From contig NC_092676.1 in the NCBI RefSeq assembly GCF_964355755.1, positions 13,254,771 through 13,318,770 of the forward strand: a stretch of DNA of 64,000 nt, given 5' to 3'. The position numbers and the translations under genes are program-made. Positions 15,001-28,567 of the stretch are shown here, piece by piece; position 1 is the stretch's first letter; each line of letters opens with the position of its first letter. The stretch comes from Antedon mediterranea. Lineage: Eukaryota; Animalia; Echinodermata. The notes below the pieces were generated by a model that searched no databases, was not told where the DNA came from, and worked only from the letters and a program-made list of their open reading frames with translations.

Positions 15001-15915
15001 TTGTGCATTTCGATGAAACTTGGTTACACAAAAACATCAAAGTGCTTAAAATCACATTTGAAACCGTTTTAGAGCATTTTGAGCATTTCGATAAAACTTT
15101 TCACACAAAAACATCAAAGTGCACAAAATAGCTTCAAATCGCATTTAGAGATGTTTTAGACCATTTTGTGCGTTTCGATGAATCTTGGTTACACAAAAAC
15201 ATCAAAGTGCTTAAAATCACATTTAAAACCGTTTTAGTGCATTTTGAGCATTTCGATAAAACTTTTCACACAAAAACATCAAAGTGCACAAAATAGCTTC
15301 AAATCGCATTTAGAGATGTTTTAGACCATTTTGTGCGTTTCGATAAAACTTTTCACACAAAAACATCAAATTGCACAAAATAGCTTCAAATCGCATTTGG
15401 AGACGTTTTAGACCATTTTGTGCATTTCGAAAAAACTTTTTAACATAAAAACACCAAAGTGCTTAGAATAGCTTCAAATCGCATTTGGAGACGTTTTAGA
15501 CCATTTTGTGCATTTCGATGAAACTTGGTTACACAAAAACATCAAAGTGCTTAAAATCACATTTGAAACCGTTTTAGAGCATTTTGAGCATTTCGATAAA
15601 ACTTTTCACACAAAAACATCAAAGTGTACAAAATAGCTTCAAATCACATTTGAAACCGTTTTAGACCATTTTGAGCATTTCGATAAAACTTTTCACACAA
15701 AAACATCAAAGTGTACAAAATAGCTTCAAATCGCATTTGGAGACGTTTTAGACCATTTTGTGCATTTCGATGAAACTTGGTTACACAAAAACATCAAAGT
15801 GCTTAAAATTACATTTGAAAGCCTTTTAGAGCATTTTGAGCATTTCGATAATACTTTTCACACAAAAACATCAAAGTGTACAAAATAGCTTCAAATCGCA
15901 TTTGGAGACGTTTTA
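1..15915 (+). repeat. Satellite DNA array (87/88/78-bp monomer family), segment 1
   Basis: GTTTTA(G/A)ACC anchors recur at 11 and 98 (87 bp), 446 and 534 (88 bp; 'AAAAAATTTGTTAACATAAAAAGACC' type), and 534 and 612 (78 bp; 'GATGAAACTTGGTTACAC...GTGCTTAAAATCACA' type). Head-to-tail, single orientation; runs off the left window edge. Confidence 0.99.
2300..5270 (+). repeat. Higher-order tandem duplication, 1444-bp period (boundaries approximate)
   Basis: Matching ORF-track translations at constant offset 1444: 2557/4001, 2974/4418, 3355/4799, 3608/5052. Shared rare variant AAATAAATCAGAG at ~3549 and ~4993. Confidence 0.9.
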
Positions 15916-16842
15916 CGCCCGTATTCTTAAACCGGACTTTAGTCGTAGTTCGAGCTAAAACTAAAAAAATGACGTCATTTTAATTCATAAACCGAACTTC
16001 AACTAAATCACCGACTAAATCAGGCCAACCTCGACTAAATCGAGACGGATTTTGATCGATTTTTTTAGTCCTGGAGGGGGCAGACTAAATGGTCGACTAA
16101 ATGGTTTTTAAACGATGTTTATAAAAAACGTAACAGTCATTGAGTTGTTATATTGGCCAGATATTGAAGAATGAAATATCTATATTTATATTAGCTTAAT
16201 TAAATATACATTGGTATAAATTATAATAATGAAAATCATCTTTATTTACAACTGTATACAAATTACATTATTTTCTTCGCGCAAGTCCGACTTGAGCTAC
16301 GTCACGCCATAGCGACAATGGGAGATGCGGCAATTCACCACGCGATGGAATGTTTAGGGGGCCTAGCGCTTTCTTGTCATGCTATGAAGTGCGTGGTTCG
16401 TGGCGATCATACTTTGTTGGGGGCCTAGAAAATATAAGAGTTACCGTACCGCCATGGTTCCTAAATATATTTTTAAGATTTTATTTATTGTTAATCAAAT
16501 ATACTTCACTGTTAAATTAATACTGATATTGTTCTAATAATTAACGATTAAAATTATTTTTCATGTATATAGTCCTGATGCGTAAAAAGTGTTGTAAGAA
16601 ATGGAAAGTGATATCAATGCGCAAAATTTCGTCTGCTCCTCAAATACTCTCTTGTCATTGGCCAATGTATAGCCTTTGTTACCCAGACGTGTGCAACTCG
16701 ACTAAAAGCTCGACTTCATTAAGTCGAACTGCAAACTTCGACTACTTCGTTTTTGAATCGAATTTGAAGTAATAGCTCGAACTACGACTTTTCCAAGTCG
16801 AACTTCGAACTACGACTAAAGTCCGGTTTAAGAATACGGGCG
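15916..16842. mobile_element. Non-autonomous PIF/Harbinger-type DNA transposon (MITE-like), copy 1, 927 bp
   Basis: Perfect 38-bp TIR CGCCCGTATTCTTAAACCGGACTTTAGTCGTAGTTCGA (15916-15953, reverse complement at 16805-16842). TTA TSD at 15913-15915 and 16843-16845; removing the element restores the satellite GAGACGTTTTAGACTATTTT. A 3-bp TTA/TAA TSD is the PIF/Harbinger hallmark. No intact ORF. Confidence 0.92.
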
Positions 16843-17690
16843 TTAGACTATTTTGTGCATTTCGAAAAAATTTGTTAACATAAAAAGACCAAAGTGTTTA
16901 GAATATCTTCAAATCACATTTGGAGACGTTTTAGACCATTTTTTGCATTTCGATGAAACTTGGTTACACAAAAACATCAAAGTGCTTAAAATCACATTTA
17001 AAACCGTTTTAGAGCATTTTGAGCATTTCGATAAAACTTTTCACACAAAAACATCAAAGTGTACAAAATAGCTTCAAATCGCATTTAGAGATGTTTTAGA
17101 CTATTTTGTGCGTTTCGATAAAACTTTTCACACAAAAACATCAAATTGCACAAAATAGCTTCAAATCGCATTTGGAGACGTTTTAGACCATTTTGTGCAT
17201 TTCGAAAAAACTTTTTAACATAAAAACACCAAAGTGCTTAGAATAGCTTCAAATCGCATTTGGAGACGTTTTAGACCATTTTGTGCATTTCGATGAAACT
17301 TGGTTACACAAAAACATCAAAGTGCTTAAAATCACATTTGAAACCGTTTTAGAGCATTTTGAGCATTTCGATAAAACTTTTCACACAAAAACATCAAAGT
17401 GTACAAAATAGCTTCAAATCACATTTGAAACCGTTTTAGACCATTTTGAGCATTTCGATAAAACTTTTCACACAAAAACATCAAAGTGTACAAAATAGCT
17501 TCAAATCGCATTTGGAGACGTTTTAGACCATTTTGTGCATTTCGATGAAACTTGGTTACACAAAAACATCAAAGTGCTTAAAATTACATTTGAAAGCCTT
17601 TTAGAGCATTTTGAGCATTTCGATAATACTTTTCACACAAAAACATCAAAGTGTACAAAATAGCTTCAAATCGTATTTGGAGACGTTTTA
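16843..17690 (+). repeat. Satellite DNA array, segment 2
   Basis: Same monomer family between the two element copies. Confidence 0.99.
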
Positions 17691-18617
17691 CGCCCGTATT
17701 CTTAAACCGGACTTTAGTCGTAGTTCGAGCTAAAACTAAAAAAATGACGTCATTTTAATTCATAAACCGAACTTCAACTAAATCACCGACTAAATCAGGC
17801 CAACCTCGACTAAATCGAGACGGATTTTGATCGATTTTTTTAGTCCTGGAGGGGGCAGACTAAATGGTCGACTAAATGGTTTTTAAACGATGTTTATAAA
17901 AAACGTAACAGTCATTGAGTTGTTATATTGGCCAGATATTGAAGAATGAAATATCTATATTTATATTAGCTTAATTAAATATACATTGGTATAAATTATA
18001 ATAATGAAAATCATCTTTATTTACAACTGTATACAAATTACATTATTTTCTTCGCGCAAGTCCGACTTGAGCTACGTCACGCCATAGCGACAATGGGAGA
18101 TGCGGCAATTCACCACGCGATGGAATGTTTAGGGGGCCTAGCGCTTTCTTGTCATGCTATGAAGTGCGTGGTTCGTGGCGATCATACTTTGTTGGGGGCC
18201 TAGAAAATATAAGAGTTACCGTACCGCCATGGTTCCTAAATATATTTTTAAGATTTTATTTATTGTTAATCAAATATACTTCACTGTTAAATTAATACTG
18301 ATATTGTTCTAATAATTAACGATTAAAATTATTTTTCATGTATATAGTCCTGATGCGTAAAAAGTGTTGTAAGAAATGGAAAGTGATATCAATGCGCAAA
18401 ATTTTGTCTGCTCCTCAAATACTCTCTTGTCATTGGCCAATGTATAGCCTTTGTTACCCAGACGTGTGCAACTCGACTAAAAGCTCGACTTCATTAAGTC
18501 GAACTGCAAACTTCGACTACTTCGTTTTTGAATCGAATTTGAAGTAATAGCTCGAACTACGACTTTTCCAAGTCGAACTTCGAACTACGACTAAAGTCCG
18601 GTTTAAGAATACGGGCG
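17691..18617. mobile_element. Non-autonomous PIF/Harbinger-type DNA transposon, copy 2, 927 bp
   Basis: Same 38-bp TIRs and TTA flanks (17688-17690, 18618-18620). The only internal difference I spotted from copy 1 is C16630 vs T18405 (CpG to TpG). Confidence 0.92.
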
Positions 18618-21600
18618 TTAGACTATTTTGTGCATTTCGAAAAAATTTGTTAACATAAAAAGACCAAAGTGTTTAGAATATCTTCAAATCACATTTGGAG
18701 ACGTTTTAGACCATTTTTTGCCTTTCGATGAAACTTGGTTACACAAAAACATCAAAGTGCTTAAAATCACATTTAAAACCGTTTTAGAGCATTTTGAGCA
18801 TTTCGGTAAAACTTTTCACACAAAAACATCAAAGTGTACAAAATAGCTTCAAATCGCATTTAGAGAGGTTTTAGACCATTTTGTGCATTTCGATAAAACT
18901 TTTCACACAAAAACATCAAAGTGTACAAAATAACTTCAAATCGTATTTAGAGACGTTTTAGACCATTTTGTGCATTTTGATAAATTTTTCACACAAAAAC
19001 ATCAAATTGCACAAAATAGCTTAATATCGTGTTTGAAAACGTTTTAAACCATTTTGAGCATGTCGATAAAACTGTTCACACAAAAATATCAAAGTGCACA
19101 GAATATCTTCAAATCGCATTTAGAGACGTTTTAGACCATTTTGTGCATTTCGAAAAAATTTGTTAACATAAAAAGACCAAAGTGTTTAGAATATCTCCAA
19201 ATCGCATTTGGAGACGTTTTAGACCATTTTGTGTTTTTCGAAAAAACTTTTCACACAAAAACATCAAAGTGTACAAAATTGCTTCAAATCGCATTTGGAG
19301 ACGTTTTAGACCATTTTGTGATTTTCGAAAAACTTTTCACACAAAAACATCAAAGTGTAGAAAATTGCTTCAAATCGCAAAAAAAATGTTTTTGAGAGAT
19401 GTTTTAGAACAATTTTGTGCATTTAGAAAAAATTTGTTAACATAAAAAGACCAAAGTGTTTAGAATATCTCCAAATCGCATTTGGAGACGTTTTAGACCA
19501 TTTTGTGCATTTCGATGACACTTGGTTACACAAAAACATCAAAGTGCTTAAAATCACATTTAAAACCGTTTTAGAGCGTTTTGAGCATTTCGATAAACTT
19601 TTCAAACAAAAACATCAAAGTGTACAAAATAGCTTCAAATCGTATTTGGAGACGTTTTAGACCATTTTGTGCGTTTCGATGAATCTTGGTTACACAAAAA
19701 CATCAAAGTGCTTAAAGTCACATTTAAAACCGTTTTAGTGCATTTTGAGCATTTCGATAAAACTTTTCACACAAAAACATCAAATTGCACAAAATAGCTT
19801 AATATCGTGTTTGAAAACGTTTTAGACCATTTTGAGCATGTCGATAAAACTTTTCACACAAAAACATAAAAGTGAACAGAATATCTTCAAATCGCATTTA
19901 GAGATGTTTTAGACCATTTTGTGCGTTTCGATAAAACTTTTCACACAAAAACATCAAATTGCACAAAATAGCTTAATATCGTGTTTGAAAACGTTTTAGA
20001 CCATTTTGAGCATGTCGATAAAACTTTTCACACAAAAACATAAAAGTGCACAGAATAGCTTCAAATCGCATTTGGAGACGTTTTAGACCATTTTGTGCAT
20101 TTCGAAAAAACTTTTTAACATAAAAACACCAAAGTGCTTAGAATAGCTTCAAATCGGATTTGGAGACGTTTTAGACCATTTTGTGCATATCGATGAAACT
20201 TGGTTACACAAAAACATCAAAGTGCTTAAAATCACATTTGAAACCGTTTTAGAGCATTTTGAGCATTTCGATAAAACTTTTCACACAAAAACATCAAAGT
20301 GTACAAAATAGCTTCAAATCACATTTGAAACCGTTTTAGACCATTTTGAGCATTTCGATAAAACTTTTCACACAAAAACATCAAAGTGTACAAAATAGCT
20401 TCAAATCGCATTTGGAGACGTTTTAGACCATTTTGTGCATTTCGATGAAACTTGGTTACACAAAAACATCAAAGTGCTTAAAATTACATTTGAAAGCGTT
20501 TTAGAGCATTTTGTGCATTTCGATAATACTTTTCACACAAAAACATCAAAGTGTACAAAATAGCTTCAAATCGCATTTGGAGACGTTTTAGACCATTTTG
20601 TGCATTTCGATGAAACTTGGTTACACAAAAACATCAAAGTGCTTAAAATCACATTTGAAACCGTTTTAGACCATTTTGAGCGTTTCGATAAAACTTTTCA
20701 CACAAATAAATCAGAGTGCACAAAATAGCTTCAAATCGCATTTGGAGAAGTTTTAGACTATTTTGTGCATTTCGAAAAAATTTGTTAACATAAAAAGACC
20801 AAAGTGTTTAGAATATCTCCAAATCGCATTTGGAGACGTTTTAAACCATTTTGTGCATTTCGATGGAACTTGGTTACACAAAAACATCAAAGTGCTTAAA
20901 ATCACATTTAAAACCGTTTTAGAGCATTTTGAGCATTTCGATAAAACTTTTCACACAAAAACATCAAAGTGTACAAAATAGCTTCAAATCGCATTTAGAG
21001 AGGTTTTAGACCATTTTGTGCATTTTGATAAAACTTTTCACACAAAAACATCAAATTGCACAAAATAGCTTAATACCGTTTTTGAAATCGTTTTAAACCA
21101 TTTTGAGCATGTCGATAAAACTTTTCACAAAAAAACATCAAAGTGCACAGAATAGCTTCAAATCGCATTTGGAGACGTTTTAAACCATTTTGTGCATTTC
21201 GATAAAACTTTTCACATAAAAACATCAAAGTGTACAAAATAGCTTCAAATCGCATTTAGAGACGTTTTAGACCATTTTGGGCATTTCGATGAAACTTGGT
21301 TACACAAATACATAAAAGTGCTTAAAATCACATTTAAAACCGTTTTAGAGCATTTTGAGCATTTCGATAAAACTTTTCACACAAAAAAATCAAAGTGTAC
21401 AAAATAGCTTCAAATCGCATTTAGAGAGGTTTTAGACCATTTTGTGCATTTTGATAAAACTTTTCACACAAAAACATCAAATTGCACAAAATAGCTTAAT
21501 ATCGTGTTTGAAAACGTTTTAAACCATTTTGAGCATGTCGATAAAACTTTTCACACAAAAATATCAAAGTGCACAGAATATCTTCAAATCGCATTTAGAC

Positions 21601-24600
21601 CATTTTGTGCATTTCGAAAAAATTTGTTAACATAAAAAGACCAAAGTGTTTAGAATATCTCCAAATCGCATTTGGAGACGTTTTAGACCATTTTGTGCAT
21701 TTCGATGAAACTTGGTTACACAAAAACATCAAAGTGCTTAAAATCACATTTAAAACCGTTTTAGAGCGTTTTGAGCATTTCGATAAACTTTTCACACAAA
21801 AACATCAAAGTGCACAAAATAGCTTCAAATCGCATTTAGAGATGTTTTAGACCATTTTGTGCATTTCGATAAAACTTTTCACACAAAAACATCAAATTGC
21901 ACAAAATAGCTTAATATCGTGTTTGAAATCGTTTTAAACCATTTTGAGGATGTCGATAAAACTTTTCACACAAAAACATCAAAGTGCACAGAATATCTTC
22001 AAATCGCATTTAGAGACGTTTTAGACCATTTTGTGCATTTCGAAAAAATTTGTTAACATAAAAAGACCAAAGTGTTTAGAATATCTCCAAATCGGATTTG
22101 GAGACGTTTTAGACCATTTTGTGCATTTCGATGAAACTTGGTTACACAAAAACATCAAAGTGCTTAAAATCACATTTGAAACCGTTTTAGAGCATTTTGA
22201 GCATTTCGATAAAACTTTTCACACAAAAACATCAAAGTGTACAAAATAGCTTCAAATCACATTTGAAACCGTTTTAGACCATTTTGAGCATTTCGATAAA
22301 ACTTTTCACACAAAAACATCAAAGTGTACAAAATAGCTTCAAATCGCATTTGGAGACGTTTTAGACCATTTTGTGCATTTCGATGAAACTTGGTTACACA
22401 AAAACATCAAAGTGCTTAAAATCACATTTGAAACCGTTTTAGAGCATTTTTAGCATTTCGATAATACTTTTCACACAAAAACATCAAAGTGTACAAAATA
22501 GCTTCAAATCGCATTTGGAGACGTTTTAGACCATTTTGTGCATTTCGATGAAACTTGGTTACACAAAAACATCAAAGTGCTTAAAATCACATTTGAAACC
22601 GTTTTAGACCATTTTGAGCATTTCGATAAAACTTTTCACACAAAAAAATCAAAGTGCACAAAATAGCTTCAAATCGCATTTGGAGACGTTTTAGACTATT
22701 TTGTGCATTTCGAAAAAATCTGTTAACATAAAAAGACCAAAGTGTTTAGAATATCTCCAAATCGCATTTGGAGACGTTTTAAACCATTTTGTGCATTTCG
22801 ATGGAACTTGGTTACACAAAAACATCAAAGTGCTTAAAATCACATTTAAAACCGTTTTCGAGCATTTTGAGCATTTCGATAAAACTTTTCACACAAAAAC
22901 ATCAAAGTGTACAAAATAGCTTCAAATCGCATTTAGAGAGGTTTTAGACCATTTTGTGCATTTCGATAAAACTTTTCACACAAAAACATCAAAGTGTACA
23001 AAATAGCTTCAAATCGCATTTGGAGACGTTTTAGACCATTTTGTGCATTTCGATGAAACTTGGTTCACATCAAAGTGCTTAAAATTACATTTGAAAGCGT
23101 TTTAGAGCATTTTGAGCATTTCGATAATACTTTTCACACAAAAACATCAAAGTGTACAAAATAGCTTCAAATCGCATTTGGAGACGTTTTAGACCATTTT
23201 GTGCATTTCGATGAAACTTGGTTACACAAAAACATCAAAGTGCTTAAAATCACATTTGAAACCGTTTTAGACCATTTTGAGCATTTCGATAAAACTTTTC
23301 ACACAAAAAAATCAAAGTGCACAAAATAGCTTCAAATCGCATTTGGAGACGTTTTAGACTATTTTGTGCATTTCGAAAAAATCTGTTAACATAAAAAGAC
23401 CAAAGTGTTTAGAATATCTCCAAATCGCATTTGGAGACGTTTTAAACCATTTTGTGCATTTCGATGGAACTTGGTTACACAAAAACATCAAAGTGCTTAA
23501 AATCACATTTAAAACCGTTTTAGAGCATTTTGAGCATATCGATAAAACTTTTCACACAAAAACATCAAAGTGTACAAAATAGCTTCAAATCGCATTTAGA
23601 GAGGTTTTAGACCATTTTGTGCATTTCGATAAAACTTTTCACACAAAAACATCAAAGTGTACAAAATAGCTTCAAATCGCATTTGGAGACGTTTTAGACC
23701 ATTTTGTGCATTTCGATGAAACTTGGTTCACATCAAAGTGCTTAAAATTACATTTGAAAGCGTTTTAGAGCATTTTGAGCATTTCGATAATACTTTTCAC
23801 ACAAAAACATCAAAGTGTACAAAATAGCTTCAAATCGCATTTGGAGACGTTTTAGACCATTTTGTGCATTTCGATGAAACTTGGTTACACAAAAACATCA
23901 AAGTGCTTAAAATCACATTTGAAACCGTTTTAGACCATTTTGAGCGTTTCGATAATACTTTTCACACAAAAACATCAAAGTGCACAAAATAGCTTCAAAT
24001 CGCATTTGGAGACGTTTTAGACTATTTTGTGCATTTCGAAAAAATCTGTTAACATAAAAAGACCAAAGTGTTTAGAATATCTCCAAATCGCATTTGGAGA
24101 CGTTTTAAACCATTTTGTGCATTTCGATGGAACTTGGTTACACAAAAACATCAAAGTGCTTAAAATCACATTTAAAACCGTTTTAGAGCATTTTGAGCAT
24201 TTCGATAAAACTTTTCACACAAAAACATCAAAGTGTACAAAATAGCTTCAAATCGCATTTAGAGAGGTTTTAGACCATTTTGTGCATTTCGATAAAACTT
24301 TTCACACAAAAACATCAAAGTGTACAAAATAACTTCAAATCGTATTTAGAGACGTTTTAGACCATTTTGTGCATTTTGATAAAACTTTTCACACAAAAAC
24401 ATCAAATTGCACAAAATAGCTTAATATCGTGTTTGAAAACGTTTTAAACCATTTTGAGCATGTCGATAAAACTTTTCACACAAAAATATCAAAGTGCACA
24501 GAATATCTTCAAATCGCATTTAGAGACGTTTTAGACCATTTTGTGCATTTCGAAAAAATTTGTTAACATAAAAAGACCAAAGTGTTTAGAATATCTCCAA

Positions 24601-27600
24601 ATCGCATTTGGAGACGTTTTAGACCATTTTGTGTTTTTCGAAAAAACTTTTCACACAAAAACATCAAAGTGTACAAAATTCCTTCAAATCGCATTTGGAG
24701 ACGTTTTAGACCATTTTGTGATTTTCGAAAAACTTTTCACACAAAAACATCAAAGTGTAGAAAATTGCTTCAAATCGCATTTAGAGATGTTTTAGACCAT
24801 TTTGTGCATTTCGAAAAAATTTGTTAACATAAAAAGACCAAAGTGTTTAGAATATCTCCAAATCGCATTTGGAGACGTTTTAGACCATTTTGTGCATTTC
24901 GATGACACTTGGTTACACAAAAACATCAAAGTGCTTAAAATCACATTTAAAACCGTTTTAGAGCGTTTTGAGCATTTCGATAAACTTTTCAAACAAAAAC
25001 ATCAAAGTGTACAAAATAGCTTCAAATCGTATTTGGAGACGTTTTAGACCATTTTGTGCGTTTCGATGAATCTTGGTTACACAAAAACATCAAAGTGCTT
25101 AAAATCACATTTAAAACCGTTTTAGTGCATTTTGAGCATTTCGATAAAACTTTTCACACAAAAACATCAAAGTGCACAAAATAGCTTCAAATCGCATTTA
25201 GAGATGTTTTAGACCATTTTGTGCGTTTCGATAAAACTTTTCACACAAAAACATCAAATTGCACAAAATAGCTTCAAATCGCATTTGGAGACGTTTTAGA
25301 CCATTTTGTGCATTTCGAAAAAACTTTTTAACATAAAAACACCAAAGTGCTTAGAATAGCTTCAAATCGCATTTGGAGACGTTTTAGACCATTTTGTGCA
25401 TTTCGATGAAACTTGGTTACACAAAAACATCAAAGTGCTTAAAATCACATTTGAAACCGTTTTAGAGCATTTTGAGCATTTCGATAAAACTTTTCACACA
25501 AAAACATCAAAGTGTACAAAATAGCTTCAAATCACATTTGAAACCGTTTTAGACCATTTTGAGCATTTCGATAAAACTTTTCACACAAAAACATCAAAGT
25601 GTACAAAATAGCTTCAAATCGCATTTGGAGACGTTTTAGACCATTTTGTGCATTTCGATGAAACTCGGTTACACAAAAACATCAAAGTGCTTAAAATTAC
25701 ATTTGAAAGCGTTTTAGAGCATTTTGAGCATTTCGATAATACTTTTCACACAAAAACATCAAAGTGTACAAAATAGCTTCAAATCGCATTTGGAGACGTT
25801 TTAGACCATTTTGTGCATTTCGATGAAACTTGGTTACACAAAAACATCAAAGTGCTTAAAAAATCACATTTGAAACCGTTTTAGACCATTTTGAGCGTTT
25901 CGATAAAACTTTTCACACAAATAAATCAGAGTGCACAAAATAGCTTCAAATCGCATTTGGAGACGTTTTAGACTATTTTGTGCATTTCGAAAAAATTTGT
26001 TAACATAAAAAGACCAAAGTGTTTAGAATATCTCCAAATCGCATTTGGAGACGTTTTAAACCATTTTGTGCATTTCGATGGAACTTGGTTACACAAAAAC
26101 ATCAAAGTGCTTAAAATCACATTTAAAACCGTTTTAGAGCATTTTGAGCATTTCGATAAAACTTTTCACACAAAAACATCAAAGTGTACAAAATAGCTTC
26201 AAATCGCATTTAGAGAGGTTTTAGACCATTTTGTGCATTTCGATAAAACTTTTCACACAAAAACATCAAAGTGTACAAAATAGCTTCAAATCGCATTTAG
26301 AGACGTTTTAGACCATTTTGTGCATTTCGATAAAACTTTTCACACAAAAACATTAAATTGCACAAAATAGCTTAATACCGTGTTTGAAATCGTTTTAAAC
26401 CATTTTGAGCATGTCGATAAAACTTTTCACAAAAAAAACATTAAAGTGCACAGAATAGCTTCAAATCGCATTTGGAGACGTTTTAAACCATTTTGTGCAT
26501 TTCGATAAAACTTTTCACATAAAAACAACAAAGTGTACAAAATAGCTTCAAATCGCATTTAGAGACGTTTTAGACCATTTTGGGCATTTCGATGAAACTT
26601 GGTTACACAAATACATAAAAGTGCTTAAAATCACATTTCAAACCGTTTTAGAGCATTTTGAGCATTTCGATAAAACTTTTCACACAAAAACATCAAAGTG
26701 CACAAAATAGCTTCAAATCGCATTTAGAGATGTTTTAGACCATTTTGTGCAATTCGATAAAACTTTTCACACAAAAACATCAAATTGCACAAAATAGCTT
26801 AATATCGTGTTTGAAAACGTTTTAGACCATTTTGAGCATGTCGATAAAACTTTTCAAACAAAAACATAAAAGTGAACAGAATAGCTTCAAATTGCATTTG
26901 GAGACGTTTTAGAGCATTTTGTGCATTTCGAGAAAATGTGTTAACATAAAAAGACCAAAGTGTTTAGAATATCTTCAAATAACATTTGGAGACGTACTTT
27001 AGACCATTTTTTGCATTTCGATGAAACTTGGTTACACAAAAACATCAAAGTGCTTAAAATCACATTTAAAACCGTTTTAGAGCATTTTGAGCATTTCGAT
27101 AAAACTTTTCACACAAAAACATCAAAGTGTACAAAATAGCTTCAAATCGTATTTGGAGACGTTTTAGACCATTTTGTGCGTTTCGATGAATCTTGGTTAC
27201 ACAAAAACATCAAAGTGCTTAAAATCACATTTAAAACCGTTTTAGTGCATTTTGAGCATTTCGATAAAACTTTTCACACAAAAACATCAAATTGCACAAA
27301 ATAGCTTAATATCGTGTTTGAAAACGTTTTAGACCATTTTGAGCATGTCGATAAAACTTTTCACACAAAAACATAAAAGTGAACAGAATAGCTTCAAATT
27401 GCATTTGGAGACGTTTTAGAGCATTTTGTGCATTTCGATAAAATGTGTTAACATAAAAAGACCAAAGTGTTTAGAATATCTTCAAATCACATTTGGAGAC
27501 GTTTTAGACCATTTTTTGCATTTCGATGAAACTTGGTTACACAAAAACATCAAAGTGCTTAAAATCACATTTAAAACCGTTTTAGAGCATTTTGAGCATT

Positions 27601-28567
27601 TCGATAAAACTTTTCACACAAAAACATCAAAGTGTACAAAATAGCTTCAAATCGCATTTAGAGAGGTTTTAGACCATTTTGTGCATTTCGATAAAACTTT
27701 TCACACAAAAACATCAAAGTGTACAAAATAACTTCAAATCGTATTTAGAGACGTTTTAGACCATTTTGTGCATTTTGATAAAACTTTTCACACAAAAACA
27801 TCAAATTGCACAAAATAGCTTAATATCGTGTTTGAAAACGTTTTAAACCATTTTGAGCATGTCGATAAAACTTTTCACACAAAAATATCAAAGTGCACAG
27901 AATATCTTCAAATCGCATTTAGAGACGTTTTAGACCATTTTGTGCATTTCGAAAAAATTTGTTAACATAAAAAGACCAAAGTGTTTAGAATATCTCCAAA
28001 TCGCATTTGGAGACGTTTTAGACCATTTTGTGTTTTTCGAAAAAACTTTTCACACAAAAACATCAAAGTGTACAAAATTGCTTCAAATCGCATTTGGAGA
28101 CGTTTTAGACCATTTTGTGATTTTCGAAAAACTTTTCACACAAAAACATCAAAGTGTAGAAAATTGCTTCAAATCGCAAAAAAAATGTTTTGAGAGATGT
28201 TTTAGAACAATTTTGTGCATTTAGAAAAAATTTGTTAACATAAAAAGACCAAAGTGTTTAGAATATCTCCAAATCGCATTTGGAGACGTTTTAGACCATT
28301 TTGTGCATTTCGATGACACTTGGTTACACAAAAACATCAAAGTGCTTAAAATCACATTTAAAACCGTTTTAGAGCGTTTTGAGCATTTCGATAAACTTTT
28401 CAAACAAAAACATCAAAGTGTACAAAATAGCTTCAAATCGTATTTGGAGACGTTTTAGACCATTTTGTGCGTTTCGATGAATCTTGGTTACACAAAAACA
28501 TCAAAGTGCTTAAAATCACATTTAAAACCGTTTTAGTGCATTTTGAGCATTTCGATAAAACTTTTCA
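18618..28567 (+). repeat. Satellite DNA array, segment 3
   Basis: Same monomer family. Includes 663-bp tandem units (22701/23364/24027) carrying a 7-bp deletion monomer (CTTGGTTCACATC). Confidence 0.99.

Larger units (their letters stand above)
15290..18865 (+). repeat. 1775-bp tandem duplication containing satellite plus the Harbinger-type element
   Basis: Both element copies sit in the same flanking context at offset 1775, with a private flank variant GAAAGCCTTTT (~15817 and ~17592). Diagnostic bases place the crossover between 17063 and 17091. Confidence 0.93.

Noticed and set aside
16563-16772. 69-aa ORF in the Harbinger-type element (also 18338-18547)
   Set aside because: Runs through subterminal repeat motifs with no recognisable domain; its duplication reflects the DNA duplication.
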